Source: Geopsychrobacteraceae bacterium
GTDB lineage: Bacteria; Desulfobacterota; Desulfuromonadia; Desulfuromonadales; Geopsychrobacteraceae
DNA length: 64,000 nt
NCBI GenBank assembly: GCA_963662315.1
Contig: OY759353.1
Coordinates: forward strand, 4,064,001 to 4,128,000
Direction: 5' to 3'
Shown in pieces: positions 46,893 to 58,064 of the stretch. The notes under the pieces were generated by a model, which was not told the DNA's origin, did not search any database, and was given only the letters and a program-made list of their open reading frames with translations. Positions within the stretch are counted from its first letter, which is position 1. Each line of letters begins with the position of its first letter. The position numbers and the translations under genes are program-made.

Positions 46893-47194
46893 TCCGGGTT
46901 CTTTTGAAATAAGCACAGGATGCCATTTTGATGGGAGAGTGAATCTTCCGGCGACAGATTTTATACAGCAGGTAAAACAGGTTGGACCTGCGATGGATTT
47001 TTGCGGGAAATTCTCTTTAGTCAGTCTAAGGAAAGACCATTATCTCTGGCAATTATACAAGAATATTGTGTTGCTGTGAAAATGGTGGGAAGAAATTATT
47101 GGCTTTTTATTCCAAAAAACATAATATGAAATGATGATTGCTTAGATATAATGATGTGTTTTGCGCAAGGCAGGCACATTTTGCGATAGGATTT

Positions 47195-47926
47195 ATGATG
47201 GAAAATTTCGCAAGTCCGGTGCAGCGAACCAGGTTGCATGAACAAGTTGCCCGAACCTTGAGCCTGAAAATCATTCGGCGCGAATACGAACCTTTGTCAT
47301 TGCTGCCCAATGAAGATGAGCTGTGTCAGCAATTTGATGTCAGCCGCACTGTTATTCGGGAAGCAATTCGCTTTTTAGATGCCAAAGGCCTGGTTCAGGT
47401 TCGTCCCCGCATCGGAACGCGTGTCTGTGATCCTTCGCGCTGGATTCTGAATGATTCTGTGCTGCTTAAATGGCGTATTGATGCGGACCTTGATATCGAT
47501 CTGATTAAGGATCTTGTCGAGTTGCGGAGTATGGTTGAGCCCATGGCAGCAGGTCTTGCTGCTGAGCGTGCCTCAGACGCGGAAATTGAGCGGCTGGTTC
47601 AGGCTTTTCACGATATGGAAATTGCCGCAGATCTCGATGCTCAGATTGAAGCGGATATGCGTTTTCACCTGTCGATTCTGGAATCCTGTGGTAATGAATT
47701 GGTTGTCAGTTCGTTACGGCCTGTGATTGAAAGTACTCTGGGAACTATTTTCCGACGCTATATGGAGTTTGATGCGGCCAAGAAATCTTTGCGGGTGCAC
47801 AGAGAAGTTGTGGCTGCTATTAAAGCCCGAGACCGTGAAAAAGCCATCAAGGCCATGGAGAACATGATTTCCTATGCGGCCAGGGATTTTGAGGCTATCG
47901 AAAAGGTTAAACAGGATCTATTGTAA
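47195..47926 (+). CDS. FadR/GntR family regulator
   Basis: LPNEDELCQQFDVSRTVIREA..RPRIGTRV; ADMRFH. Confidence 0.9.
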   Translation: MMENFASPVQRTRLHEQVARTLSLKIIRREYEPLSLLPNEDELCQQFDVSRTVIREAIRFLDAKGLVQVRPRIGTRVCDPSRWILNDSVLLKWRIDADLDIDLIKDLVELRSMVEPMAAGLAAERASDAEIERLVQAFHDMEIAADLDAQIEADMRFHLSILESCGNELVVSSLRPVIESTLGTIFRRYMEFDAAKKSLRVHREVVAAIKARDREKAIKAMENMISYAARDFEAIEKVKQDLL

Positions 47927-48175
47927 CTCATTATTGGCCTACTTGCTTATGCAGAGCATAGTGTTGATATTATTAAGCTAATAGCACTATCTCTGCTTCT
48001 CCTTCTTGTTGCCCCCTCCTACATCCTTCAGCCTGACTAAAAAAAATGCCTGCGAAATATGAGATTTCTTTTCAAATGCATTGGTTTGTATTAGAATGCT
48101 GCGCATATTTAGAGGTTCTGGTATCTCACTAGCCAGGATCTTGTTTTTATTATTTCCTATCTACAAGGAGCTTTT

Positions 48176-49831
48176 ATGTCAGAGAGAGAATGTCAATGTC
48201 ATGGAACCATGCCTACCGGTACCGCTTTACTTCACGACCCACTGCTGAACAAGGGGACCGCATTTACAGAAGAGGAGCGTAAGCAACTCGGACTGACCGG
48301 CCTGTTGCCACCCCAGGTTTTTACCATTGAACAACAGGTTTGTCGGGTTCTTGAGAATCATCGCAGTAAACAAACTGACCTGGAGCGTTACATCCATCTT
48401 GCCAGTCTACAGGACCGTAATGAAACCCTCTTTTACCGTGTCCTGATGGAAAACCTTGATGAGATGATGCCGATCGTCTATACCCCGACTGTCGGTCAGG
48501 CCTGTCAGCAGTTCGGGCATATCTTCCGTCGTTCCCGGGGACTTTACATTTCCATAAAGGAAAAGGGGAATATCGCTGAAATTCTTAAGAATCATTCCTG
48601 CAATGATGTGCGCGTCATTGTCGTAACCGATGGCGAGAGAATTCTCGGTCTTGGTGATCAGGGGACTGGTGGTATGGGTATCCCCGTCGGTAAGCTGGCT
48701 CTGTATACCGCATGTTCTGGTATTTCACCTGCTCAGTGTTTACCGGTAATGCTGGATGTCGGAACCGAAAATGAAGGGTATCTGGGAGATCCTCTCTACC
48801 TGGGCATTCGTCAACACCGGGTTCGCGGCCAGGAATATGATGAGTTCGTTTCTGAATTTCTTACCGCTGCAACGGAACGCTGGCCTGATGTTCTGGTGCA
48901 GTTTGAAGATTTTGCCAACCACAATGCCTTCCGTCTGCTGGAGGAGTGGCGCGACAAAATCTGTACCTTCAATGATGATATGCAGGGTACGGCATCGGTA
49001 ACTCTGGCCGGTCTTCTGTCAGCATTGCGCATTACCAAAAAGAGTTTGCGTGAGCAGAAAATTCTGTTCCTTGGCGCTGGTGAAGCTGGTATCGGCATTG
49101 GTGATCTTATTGTTTCGGCCATGGTTGATGATGGAGATACACTTGAAGAGGCACGTAAGAAGTGCTGGTTTGTCGATTCAAAGGGGCTGATTGTTAAAGA
49201 TCGTGACAATCTGGTTGAGCATAAACTGAGATACGCTCATGACTTCCCTTATGCCGCAACTTTCCTTGATGCTGTTAAAGCTCTAAAACCAACGGCTATT
49301 ATCGGGGTATCAACCATTCCGAAGTCCTTCACTAAGGAAGTCGTTGAAGCTATGTCTGAATATAACGAGCATCCGATTATCTTCGCTTTGTCAAATCCAA
49401 CCTCGAAGTCGGAATGTTCTGCTGCTGAAGCTTATGACTGGTCAAATGGAAAGGCAGTATTTGCCAGCGGTAGCCCCTTCCCGCCACATGTTATGGATGG
49501 AAAAACTTTTGTCCCGGGACAGGGGAATAACGCTTATGTTTTCCCAGGGATTGGTTTGGGTGTCGTCGCCAGTAAAGCCAAGCATGTCACCGATCGTATG
49601 TTTTCTCAGGCTGCCAGAGCTTTGGCCGATCAGGTGCTTGAGAGCGATCTGGAGATGGGCCGTATTTACCCTGCTTTGTCTCGGATTCGTGAGGTTTCTG
49701 CCAAAATTGGTGTTGCTGTTGCCGAAGAGGTTTTCAAAGACGGTTTGGCAACGATCGAACGTCCGGCTGACATGTTGAAACACATTGAAGCATGCCAGTG
49801 GCAACCCGATTACGTTTCATACGTAAAGTAG
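48176..49831 (+). CDS. maeA: Malic enzyme (MaeA/SfcA type)
   Basis: PLLNKGTAF, PIVYTPTVG, VTDGERILGLGD, QFEDF, FNDDMQGTA, GAGEAG, LSNPT, GQGNN. Confidence 0.93.
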   Translation: MSERECQCHGTMPTGTALLHDPLLNKGTAFTEEERKQLGLTGLLPPQVFTIEQQVCRVLENHRSKQTDLERYIHLASLQDRNETLFYRVLMENLDEMMPIVYTPTVGQACQQFGHIFRRSRGLYISIKEKGNIAEILKNHSCNDVRVIVVTDGERILGLGDQGTGGMGIPVGKLALYTACSGISPAQCLPVMLDVGTENEGYLGDPLYLGIRQHRVRGQEYDEFVSEFLTAATERWPDVLVQFEDFANHNAFRLLEEWRDKICTFNDDMQGTASVTLAGLLSALRITKKSLREQKILFLGAGEAGIGIGDLIVSAMVDDGDTLEEARKKCWFVDSKGLIVKDRDNLVEHKLRYAHDFPYAATFLDAVKALKPTAIIGVSTIPKSFTKEVVEAMSEYNEHPIIFALSNPTSKSECSAAEAYDWSNGKAVFASGSPFPPHVMDGKTFVPGQGNNAYVFPGIGLGVVASKAKHVTDRMFSQAARALADQVLESDLEMGRIYPALSRIREVSAKIGVAVAEEVFKDGLATIERPADMLKHIEACQWQPDYVSYVK

Positions 49832-49834
49832 TTT

Positions 49835-50254
49835 TTAATCGGTAACTTTTTGCCGTAATTGTTTTGTCTGACCGCGTTGTTTTTTTGTTTCGACGCGTTT
49901 TACCTTGGCGCTCTTGGTCGGCTTGGTTGGTTTTCTGACCCGCCTGACCTTGAGCGCCTTTATTATAAACAGTTTCAACTGAAGTAAGGCTTGATCCCGA
50001 TTTTGTATTTGGCTGCGTGCCTGTTGGGCCTTTGTGACAAAACAACCCGCAGTATTAACGCGACTGTCGCCACTGTATAGCAGGCGTTGTTTCAGGTCTT
50101 CTGGTAACGAAGACGTTCCGATATCGAAGCGTAAATGAATGGCCGTGGCTGTCTTGTTGACATGCTGCCCCCCCGCGCCCTGGGAGCGCACGGCGGTGAG
50201 GATAATTTCACTCAACGGAATGACCAGGTCTGTGCATATTTCAAGAAATTCCAT
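49835..50254 (-). CDS. arfB: Alternative ribosome-rescue peptidyl-tRNA hydrolase
   Basis: RSQGAGGQHVNKT (GGQ motif) and a basic C-terminal tail. Confidence 0.93.
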   Translation of the reverse strand: MEFLEICTDLVIPLSEIILTAVRSQGAGGQHVNKTATAIHLRFDIGTSSLPEDLKQRLLYSGDSRVNTAGCFVTKAQQARSQIQNRDQALLQLKLFIIKALKVRRVRKPTKPTKSAKVKRVETKKQRGQTKQLRQKVTD

Positions 50255-50331
50255 TTTTCAACCAGAGGGATATAGTTTTAGCTTCATCATGACTTGGAAA
50301 CGAGTTGTTAAGTGGAAACCAGACTACCGGA

Positions 50332-50377
50332 GAAACACCAAACCCCGCCAGTTAATATTGACGGGGTTTGGTGTTTC
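50332..50377. terminator. Long stem-loop after the MCP gene
   Basis: AAACACCAAACCCCG / CGGGGTTTGGTGTTT. Confidence 0.7.
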
Positions 50378-50408
50378 TATCGTGTTGTGCTAAACGCTTA
50401 CCTGCCGA

Positions 50409-52373
50409 TCAGTATTTTCCGAAATCATCGTCATCCAGTTTAATGACCGGTTGTTTCTGGCTGATTCCTCCCCAGTTATCGTTGGTGGCCGGAGAGGGTT
50501 TGACGCTTATTCGGGGCGGAAGCGCTTGTGACGGTGCGCCAGATCTTGTCGCCGCCGCAACAGGCTGCTGAGAGCTGATCGCAGGAGTCACAGGTTTCTG
50601 GGGAGCTGTCTGGGCGGTAGCTGCAGCCCGGCTAAGAGTAAAGCGACCAAGCATATCCATAAGTTCGCTAGTTTGTCCGGAAAGCTGTTCGGCGATGGCG
50701 GCGCTTTCTTCAGAGGTTGAGGTCGCCCGCTGGTTAACATCGTTCAGCTGGACAAGTCCTTCGTTAACCTGGGCAATGCCCTGGGACTGCTCCTGGCTGG
50801 CGGCAGCAATTTCAGCGACAAGGTCAGAAACCTTGGTCACATCACTAACGATCTCAGCTAGTGAGGTTGCCGTTGACTGGGCTATGATGGCACCATTGTT
50901 GGTTTTATCTACCGAACCTTGAATGAGTGCAGTCGTTTCCTGGGCCGCTTTTGCGCTACGAGCGGCCAGATTCCGGACTTCTTCGGCAACGACAGCGAAA
51001 CCTTTGCCGTGCTGACCCGCCCGGGCTGCTTCAACTGCAGCGTTAAGGGCGAGAAGATTGGTCTGAAAGGCAATTTCATCAATAACTTTGATGATCTTAC
51101 TGATATCGTCAGATGATGCCTTGATCTCGGCCATGGCACTCACCATGGACTGCATCTGACGGTTGCCTTTATCGGCAGCGTCACGTGCTTCAACAGACAA
51201 CTTATTGGCTGTCGTTGCGTTGGCAGCGTTGTTGGATGTCTGCTCATTCATTTCCACCATTGATGCTGAAATTTCTTCCAGAGCCGCAGCCTGCTGCGTT
51301 GCCCCATTGGCCAGCGAGGAACTTGTTTCCGCGACCTGGATTGCCCCGGAAGAAATCTGTTCGCTTGCTTCGCGGACGGTTTTCATGACCTCGGTCAAGC
51401 CGGTGCAGGCCTGTTTCAGGGGGTGGGCAATCAGCCCTTTGGCTTCAAAGCTGAAATCACCTTTCGCCAGCCGGTTAAAGGCTTCAAGGACTTCATCTTT
51501 AAGGTTGTCGGCAAAACGGTTCAGCGCTTGGGCCAGGATACCGACCTCATCGGTACGTTGCGTATCAATGCGCGTATCGAGGTTGCCCTGTTCAAGGCCA
51601 ATCAGCATGTTCATCGATTTACGCACCGGGCGAATAACGGCGCGGGTGGTAAAGATAGCCATAATAACGCCAAGGATGACAAGAAACAGAACCAGCAGAG
51701 CGGCAGACCAGCTGATAGTAGTTGCAAGGACAGCATCGGCTTCATCAAGAGAGTGAATGATCTCAAAGGCACCGTGCATCTCACCGGGCTTCCAGTTTTC
51801 CATGCGCGTACCGGTTGGATCCTGGCCATTGCTGTTGCCCCAATATTCATTGGATTTCCCTGGATCACCATGGCAGTAAAGGCAGGTTTCACTTAAATAA
51901 ACCGCCTTGAAGTAGTGCACCGAGTTGGTTTTTTCGTCGATCTCATAATACTCTCCCAGCTGCTGATTTTTCATCAGTGTCAGGGCGCGACTTTCCATGT
52001 CATCGGGAGTATTTTTACTGTTGCGAGGTTGGAATTTGGGAACCTTGAAAATGTAATTGCCCTCTTGAGCTTTACGCATGGCAACCTGCCAGGCTGATAC
52101 GACAGGCACAGCAGAAAATACTTTATCTTTTTCGCCCTTATCTGCCCACGCTCTTAACTGTTCAATACTGAACAGTCCCTGCTGCCACTTATCTTCCATT
52201 TCCTGACGCACGGATTCAATGGTCTGCGAGAGCATGCGCGATTTATCGACAACTGCATTAATGTCCAGTTGTTTTTCATGGTGATAATAGAGAATGAACA
52301 GAACCATAAGAAGGACAGCAGGAATCAATACGCCGGCAGCAACCAGCTTGGTTCTCAGTGACATTGATCGCAT
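50409..52373 (-). CDS. Methyl-accepting chemotaxis protein with periplasmic c-type haem (DUF3365-like) sensor
   Basis: CLYCH between two TMs; [34 protein letters not shown]. Confidence 0.92.
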   Translation of the reverse strand: MRSMSLRTKLVAAGVLIPAVLLMVLFILYYHHEKQLDINAVVDKSRMLSQTIESVRQEMEDKWQQGLFSIEQLRAWADKGEKDKVFSAVPVVSAWQVAMRKAQEGNYIFKVPKFQPRNSKNTPDDMESRALTLMKNQQLGEYYEIDEKTNSVHYFKAVYLSETCLYCHGDPGKSNEYWGNSNGQDPTGTRMENWKPGEMHGAFEIIHSLDEADAVLATTISWSAALLVLFLVILGVIMAIFTTRAVIRPVRKSMNMLIGLEQGNLDTRIDTQRTDEVGILAQALNRFADNLKDEVLEAFNRLAKGDFSFEAKGLIAHPLKQACTGLTEVMKTVREASEQISSGAIQVAETSSSLANGATQQAAALEEISASMVEMNEQTSNNAANATTANKLSVEARDAADKGNRQMQSMVSAMAEIKASSDDISKIIKVIDEIAFQTNLLALNAAVEAARAGQHGKGFAVVAEEVRNLAARSAKAAQETTALIQGSVDKTNNGAIIAQSTATSLAEIVSDVTKVSDLVAEIAAASQEQSQGIAQVNEGLVQLNDVNQRATSTSEESAAIAEQLSGQTSELMDMLGRFTLSRAAATAQTAPQKPVTPAISSQQPVAAATRSGAPSQALPPRISVKPSPATNDNWGGISQKQPVIKLDDDDFGKY

Positions 52374-52473
52374 TGGAACTCCTAATACATGAGGATAAGA
52401 ATATGCAAATTAATGACAAATAATAAAACTTAAGTTGTCCATTATCAAGTTAAAATTATCCCCTTTAACAACA

Positions 52474-52511
52474 ACGGGGTCGTACAATAGCTGATGATGT
52501 ACGACCCCGTT
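52474..52511 (-). terminator. Stem-loop ending the liv operon
   Basis: AACGGGGTCGTACA / TGTACGACCCCGTT. Confidence 0.7.
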
Positions 52512-52540
52512 TCCAAAAGAACCACCTGTTTAACTTTATG

Positions 52541-53266
52541 TTATCCCCCCAGGTAAGCCTTTTTGACTTCCGGGTTGCCCAGCAATTCTTCACTTGTTCC
52601 TTCTGCAACAATATTTCCCGTATCAAGGACATAGCCGCGGTGGGCCAGGTGCAGGGCCAGATTGGCATTCTGCTCGACCAGTAAAATGGTCATCCCCTCT
52701 TCATTGAGTTGCTTCAGTTTGCGGAACAGTTCATATTTGAGAACCGGAGCCAGTCCCATGCTTGGCTCGTCCAGCAGCAAGACCTTACAGCCGGTCATCA
52801 GGGCGCGGCCTACAGCAAGCATTTGCTGCTCGCCACCGGATAAGGATTCACTGCGTTGATCGCGACGTTCTTTCAGGCGTGGGAACAGGTTGAAGATCCG
52901 TTCGTATTCGGCATCGAAGTCGGCACCTTTTTCCCGCGAGTAGGTGGCGATCTTCAGATTCTCCATAACCGTCAGGTTGCCGAAAATGCGTCTTCCCTCG
53001 GGGGATAATGCCAGATGGAGGTCCTTGACCACATCGCTCGGTCTGGTTTTCAGGATTGATTCTCCTTTAAACCTGATGTCCCCGCCAATGACACGCGGTG
53101 CTTCAGGCGGTGGCAATCTGGCAATGGTGTAAAGACTGGTTGTTTTTCCGGCGCCATTGGCTCCAATCAAAGTCACGATCTCTCCTTCATTGACGTGAAA
53201 GGTGATTCCGTGCAGGGCCTGAATGTTGCCATATTTGACTTCTAAATTTTCAACTTGCAGCAGCAT
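52541..53266 (-). CDS. livF: Branched-chain amino acid ABC transporter ATPase
   Basis: GANGAGKT, LSGGEQQMLA, LLDEPSMGLAP, LVEQNA. Confidence 0.92.
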   Translation of the reverse strand: MLLQVENLEVKYGNIQALHGITFHVNEGEIVTLIGANGAGKTTSLYTIARLPPPEAPRVIGGDIRFKGESILKTRPSDVVKDLHLALSPEGRRIFGNLTVMENLKIATYSREKGADFDAEYERIFNLFPRLKERRDQRSESLSGGEQQMLAVGRALMTGCKVLLLDEPSMGLAPVLKYELFRKLKQLNEEGMTILLVEQNANLALHLAHRGYVLDTGNIVAEGTSEELLGNPEVKKAYLGG

Positions 53267-54066
53267 CAGATATTATCATCTCCAAGATAAGCGGAAATAA
53301 CCGCAGGATTATTGCGAATCTCTTCCGGGTTGCCATCGGCAATCGTTTCCCCAAAATCGATAACCTTGATTTGGCTGCACAATTCCATGACAACATCCAT
53401 GTGGTGTTCAATCATCCAGATACTGACCTTGAAGGTATCATGAATCCAGCGAACCAGACGGATCAGATCTTTGACATCGGCAGAGTTCAGTCCCGCCGCG
53501 GGTTCATCGAGCAGCAGCAGTTGCGGATGGCTTGACAATGCACGGGCGATTTCAAGTTTTCGCTGAGTGCCGTAGGGCAGATTTTTCGGGTATTCGCTGG
53601 CAAAGCGTTTCAGGTCAAAAATTTCCAGTAACTCTTCTGCTTCCTGGGCAATCTCCGCCTCACGTTGTTTGTAGCGCTTATTGCGGATGATACTTTCGAA
53701 AAAGCTGTAACCCAGCTGATAGTGTTGGGCAACGCGAATATTATCCAGAACCGTCATGTCGTTCCAGAGGCGAATGTTCTGAAACGTTCTGGCGACACCC
53801 AAAGAGGTGACCCTGTGTGGCTTTAATCCGGCTGTTGCGTGGCCGTTGATCAGAATCTGCCCTTGGGTCGGCTGATAAAAGCCACTGACCAGGTTGAATA
53901 CCGTGGTTTTCCCGGCGCCGTTTGGACCGATCAGCCCGGTCAGTTCACCGGGCATCAGGGTGACATTAAAATCGGACACAGCCCTAAGTCCGCCAAACTG
54001 CTGCGTCATACTGCGAACTTCCAATACTGGAGTCACGTTCGGTTTTAATTGCGCATGTGTCATCAT
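53266..54066 (-). CDS. livG: Branched-chain amino acid ABC transporter ATPase
   Basis: GPNGAGKTT, RTFQNIRL, LPYG, LLDEPAAG. Confidence 0.92.
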   Translation of the reverse strand: MMTHAQLKPNVTPVLEVRSMTQQFGGLRAVSDFNVTLMPGELTGLIGPNGAGKTTVFNLVSGFYQPTQGQILINGHATAGLKPHRVTSLGVARTFQNIRLWNDMTVLDNIRVAQHYQLGYSFFESIIRNKRYKQREAEIAQEAEELLEIFDLKRFASEYPKNLPYGTQRKLEIARALSSHPQLLLLDEPAAGLNSADVKDLIRLVRWIHDTFKVSIWMIEHHMDVVMELCSQIKVIDFGETIADGNPEEIRNNPAVISAYLGDDNI

Positions 54067-55133
54067 TTAAACCTGTAGAATTTTTTGAGCTTGGGAAAAA
54101 TGTCGGACAGTTCACGGTTGCCCATGATCCCTTCGGGGCGGAACTGCATGACAATAACAAGGAGCAGTGGAATAACGACCCATTTTATCACCCCGGCCGA
54201 AGGCTCCCAATCCGGGAAAACCATGGTGAAAGGGGACATCAGCCCATCAATTATGGTCTGTGAACGGAGAACCTCGAGCAATCCGGTGAACAGGATGGCA
54301 GAAATAATAGCTCCCGAAAGTGATCCCATCCCGCCGAGGTAAACCATGACCATGGCTTCGGTAGATTTGAGGATGTTGAACGATTGCGGATTGACGTAAC
54401 CGATAATGTGGGCATAAAGCCCCCCGGCACACCCGGCCAGGCCCGCTGCCAGCATAAAATTGACAATTTTGATCTTGTTGGTATTGACGCTCATGATCTC
54501 TGCGGCAACTTCATCCTGGCAGATGGCATTAACTCCTTTACCGTAGGTTGATGTGATAAAGCGGCGGATAGTCCAGACGGTAAAGGTGGTGAACAGGATG
54601 ACCCAGAACAGCATCCAGGGACCTTCGAAGATATCAATCATGGCCCAGACAGTGTCTTTCATGCCTTGAAAACCACGGGATCCACCGATGAAATCTATAT
54701 TTTCCAGAGCGGAAATGATCATGTAATTAACCGCAATAGAGATAATAGCCAGATAGTCATCGCGTGTTTTGAAGGATGGAATCGAGACCAAGAGCGATGA
54801 CAAAGAGGCAACCAAACCACCGATCAGAAGAATAACCGGAAAGGCAATAATGACTGAGGCGGCCGGGAGTAACGGATCTCCGAACTTGGAGCCGAAGCAG
54901 AAAACCGATAGTATGGATGAAATATAGGCTCCGATGCACATAAATGCCGCGTGGCCACAGGTAAATTCACCCATATTACCATTGACCAGGTTCAGGCTGG
55001 TCGACATGATAATGTTAATCCCGATGGTCATAACGACGATCTGGACGTAATTGTCCAGAACTCCAAGATGGGCAAGGACCAGCAGGACGATTGCAAACGC
55101 GGCCATTAAAATGTTGAGAGAATATCTGGTCAT
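54063..55133 (-). CDS. livM: Branched-chain amino acid ABC transporter permease
   Basis: SLNLVNG..GHAAF, DYLAI, LGGMGSLSG, FRPEGIMG. Confidence 0.9.
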   Translation of the reverse strand: MTRYSLNILMAAFAIVLLVLAHLGVLDNYVQIVVMTIGINIIMSTSLNLVNGNMGEFTCGHAAFMCIGAYISSILSVFCFGSKFGDPLLPAASVIIAFPVILLIGGLVASLSSLLVSIPSFKTRDDYLAIISIAVNYMIISALENIDFIGGSRGFQGMKDTVWAMIDIFEGPWMLFWVILFTTFTVWTIRRFITSTYGKGVNAICQDEVAAEIMSVNTNKIKIVNFMLAAGLAGCAGGLYAHIIGYVNPQSFNILKSTEAMVMVYLGGMGSLSGAIISAILFTGLLEVLRSQTIIDGLMSPFTMVFPDWEPSAGVIKWVVIPLLLVIVMQFRPEGIMGNRELSDIFPKLKKFYRFK

Positions 55134-55148
55134 GTCGATTTCTCCCGT

Positions 55149-56060
55149 TTATATCTTGGTCGATTGAGGCATGCCGAATAATCCGGTCGGCTTCATCCAC
55201 AAAATCAGCAGTAGAATGGTAAAGGCAAAAAGGTCGCGGTAAGTTGACGGGAAAACGGTCACCACACCGACTTCGATAAAACCGAGCAGAAAGCCGCCAA
55301 CAAAAGCGCCCTTAATGTCTCCGATGCCGCCGACAACCGCGGCAATGAATGCTTTCCAGCCGATCAGCATGCCCATGAATGGTTCCAGGACCGGGTAGCT
55401 CATGGCAAACAGCAATCCGGCCAGCCCGGCAAAACCGGAACCCAGGATAAAGGTAAAAACGATGATATTATCCATGGGAATACCCATCAACGGAATGGCA
55501 AATTTGTCGTAGGAGATGCCACGCATTGCCATACCGATACGGGTCTTGGTAACGATCCATTGTAAAAACAAAAAGACCATGATAGCGGTAAAAATAACCA
55601 GGACTTTCAGATTGGTGACGGTAATTCCGCCAATGTGCCAAATGGATTTTTCAATCAGTTCCGGGAATTTCAGTCGACTGGCGCCAAGTACGGCAAGGTT
55701 GGAATATTCAAGGACCAGTCCGCACATCAATGCCGTGATGACCACGTAAAGGCGGTGGGCTCCTTTACGACGCAGGGGACGATAGGCAATGCGTTCCAGG
55801 GTGACTCCGACACAGGCCGTCAGCAACATGGTCAGCGGCACCGTCAGGGCGAAAGTCAGGGCCGGAGATAAGCCGATCATCGGTTTTAACAGAAAGCTGG
55901 CGACAAAGAACGAGATGTAGGCTCCGACCATAAAAATATCGCCGTGGGCGAAGTTGATGAGCCGCAACACCCCATAGACCAAGGTGTAGCCAAGCGCAAT
56001 CAGGGCATAAAAACTGCCCCACTGCAAGGCATTCAAAATATTCTGAAAGATGAAATCCAC
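55149..56060 (-). CDS. livH: Branched-chain amino acid ABC transporter permease
   Basis: YALIALGYTLVYGVLRLINFAHGD, KAFIAAVVGGIG. Confidence 0.92.
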   Translation of the reverse strand: MDFIFQNILNALQWGSFYALIALGYTLVYGVLRLINFAHGDIFMVGAYISFFVASFLLKPMIGLSPALTFALTVPLTMLLTACVGVTLERIAYRPLRRKGAHRLYVVITALMCGLVLEYSNLAVLGASRLKFPELIEKSIWHIGGITVTNLKVLVIFTAIMVFLFLQWIVTKTRIGMAMRGISYDKFAIPLMGIPMDNIIVFTFILGSGFAGLAGLLFAMSYPVLEPFMGMLIGWKAFIAAVVGGIGDIKGAFVGGFLLGFIEVGVVTVFPSTYRDLFAFTILLLILWMKPTGLFGMPQSTKI

Positions 56061-56171
56061 TGAGGTCCTTCCTTGTGCATAAACGTGTTAAGAAAAGGTG
56101 ATTTTTAGAAGCAAACCCAAAAGTAAAGCGGGGGCATGAGCCCCCGCGCTGCTAGATATAAGAGTGTCAGG

Positions 56172-57335
56172 TTAAGGGCAAACGGATTCTTCAAAGACAA
56201 ACTGGCCCTGTTCAGAGATTTTAACGACAACGGCGCATTTAATGGGGTCGCCCTGTGCGTCAAATTTGGAAGAACCGGTGATGCCATCAAATGATTTGAT
56301 CGCGGCCAAACCGTCGCGTACCGCCTGGCGCATTTTGCGCGGGCTCTTTTCGACTTTACCGGCATTTTTGATTCCTTCTACCAGAAGACCGATGGAATCC
56401 CAGGTCAGAGCTGCATAGTCCGCAGGTTCTGAACCGTATTTCGCAACATAGCGATCGATAAATACCTTTGTCGCACCCTTTGCGCCAGCTGCAGCATAGT
56501 GCGTCGAGAAATATTGGCCATAGCACTCTTCGCCACACAGTTTGATCAGGTCTGGAGTTCCCCAGGCATCAGAACCCATGAAGGGCCCTTTATAGCCAAG
56601 ATCCCGGGCCTGTTGAATAATCAGGGCAACCTGGTTGTAGTTGTCAGGAACAAAAATAAAGTCAGGTTTGGCCGCGACTATTGTGGTCAGCTGGGCAGAG
56701 AAATCCTGATCTTTGGTTCCGTGAGATTCAAATGCCACAACCGGACCAAGGTTTTTACTTTCCCAGGATGATTTGAAAATGTCAGCAAGTCCCTTTGAGT
56801 AGTCATTCGAGACATCAAACAGAACCGCGGATGTTTTTGCGCCGAATTTTTTAGCCGCAAAATCGGCAGCAACTGGTCCTTGGAAGGGGTCAAGGAAAGC
56901 CGCACGGAAAACCCACGGGCGGTCTTTGGTTGTGTCTGGGTTGGTTGACCAGGGAGAAATCATCGGTACCCGGTTATCGTTACAGGTGCCGCCAGCAGGA
57001 ACTGCCTGCTTGGAAGAGTTTGGCCCGATAATGGCAACAACCTCTTCCTGCTCGATCAATTTAAGAGCCGCGCTGACAGCGGATTCGGCCTTGGACTCAT
57101 TGTCCATAAAAATAAACTCAAGTTTATACTTTTTGCCGCCAACTTCGAGTCCTCCGGCACCGTTAATGTCGGCCAGGTACATCTCGGCAGCATTTTTGGA
57201 CCCTTCGCCAACCTCGGGGATGTCGCCGGTCAAAGGCAGGTTAAACCCTATTTTGATGGTATCAGCGGCAAACGCGGGAATGACAAGCAGTAGCGTCAGG
57301 AACAGGGAGAGCATGGTGCATAATAGACGTTTCAT
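56172..57335 (-). CDS. livK: Branched-chain amino acid ABC transporter substrate-binding protein
   Basis: Signal peptide; IKIGFNLPLTG, FRAAFLDPFQG, DFSAQLT; AGGAGG RBS. Ligand specificity is not determinable from sequence. Confidence 0.85.
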   Translation of the reverse strand: MKRLLCTMLSLFLTLLLVIPAFAADTIKIGFNLPLTGDIPEVGEGSKNAAEMYLADINGAGGLEVGGKKYKLEFIFMDNESKAESAVSAALKLIEQEEVVAIIGPNSSKQAVPAGGTCNDNRVPMISPWSTNPDTTKDRPWVFRAAFLDPFQGPVAADFAAKKFGAKTSAVLFDVSNDYSKGLADIFKSSWESKNLGPVVAFESHGTKDQDFSAQLTTIVAAKPDFIFVPDNYNQVALIIQQARDLGYKGPFMGSDAWGTPDLIKLCGEECYGQYFSTHYAAAGAKGATKVFIDRYVAKYGSEPADYAALTWDSIGLLVEGIKNAGKVEKSPRKMRQAVRDGLAAIKSFDGITGSSKFDAQGDPIKCAVVVKISEQGQFVFEESVCP

Positions 57336-57770
57336 AGTTCCTCCTAAGTAGGATTTAGAATGCGGTTCTATCAGGATGCAGGGGGGAAATAAAAACCGCC
57401 TGCCGGGTACACTTGTTCCGGATGCGGGCGGCGTCTTTGCTCGACCTAAAATTGAACGAGAGTCGTTTTCATCATTGAAAGCTACAAACTTCTTTTTTTC
57501 ATTAAACTGTATCTTTTTTCAAAACAGGAAAAAATGCAACAATTATTATTAACGCATGATTGGCAAATGAGCGCGATTATCGGGACTTTATGACGTTGTT
57601 GACTGAGATTCTTGAGAAAACACCAGCGAAGTTGTAAATAGTTTTACCTAAGAATGCAAAATTCACCGGTTGACGTTCGCCATGCGTTGCAAAAATCGCC
57701 CTAACCTGCCATATTTTAGCGAAGTTTGTTCACCATCGCCCGTGACGTATTGTTCGAGGAACCAGGTAGC

Positions 57771-58064
57771 ATGAGCCCACGCCCTAGAAAACCAAGGAAT
57801 TGTTGCCCCAGCAGGCGGCCTACTGACCATATCTTCAAACCGGCCGGGACCCCGATGTCGGAACTGCAAGGGCTGGAGCTGGAAGCTGATGAACTTGAAG
57901 CGATGACACTCTGTGATCGAGACGGTCTGACTCAGGCCCAGGCGGGAGAGCAGATGGGGATCTCACGGGGAACTGTTCAGCGCCTGGTTACCAGTGGCCG
58001 CAAAAAAGTTGTGGAGGCTCTGGTTACCGGCTATGCGCTGGTCATTAAACCTCATGAACCATAA
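57771..58064 (+). CDS. DUF134 predicted DNA-binding protein
   Basis: PRPRKPR, FKPAG.P, DELEAM.L.D..GL.Q..A...MGISRGT.QR....RKK. Confidence 0.85.
   Translation: MSPRPRKPRNCCPSRRPTDHIFKPAGTPMSELQGLELEADELEAMTLCDRDGLTQAQAGEQMGISRGTVQRLVTSGRKKVVEALVTGYALVIKPHEP

Noticed and set aside
46920..47040. Degenerate TGTCATTTCGA-type extragenic repeat
   Set aside because: Too diverged to support by eye.
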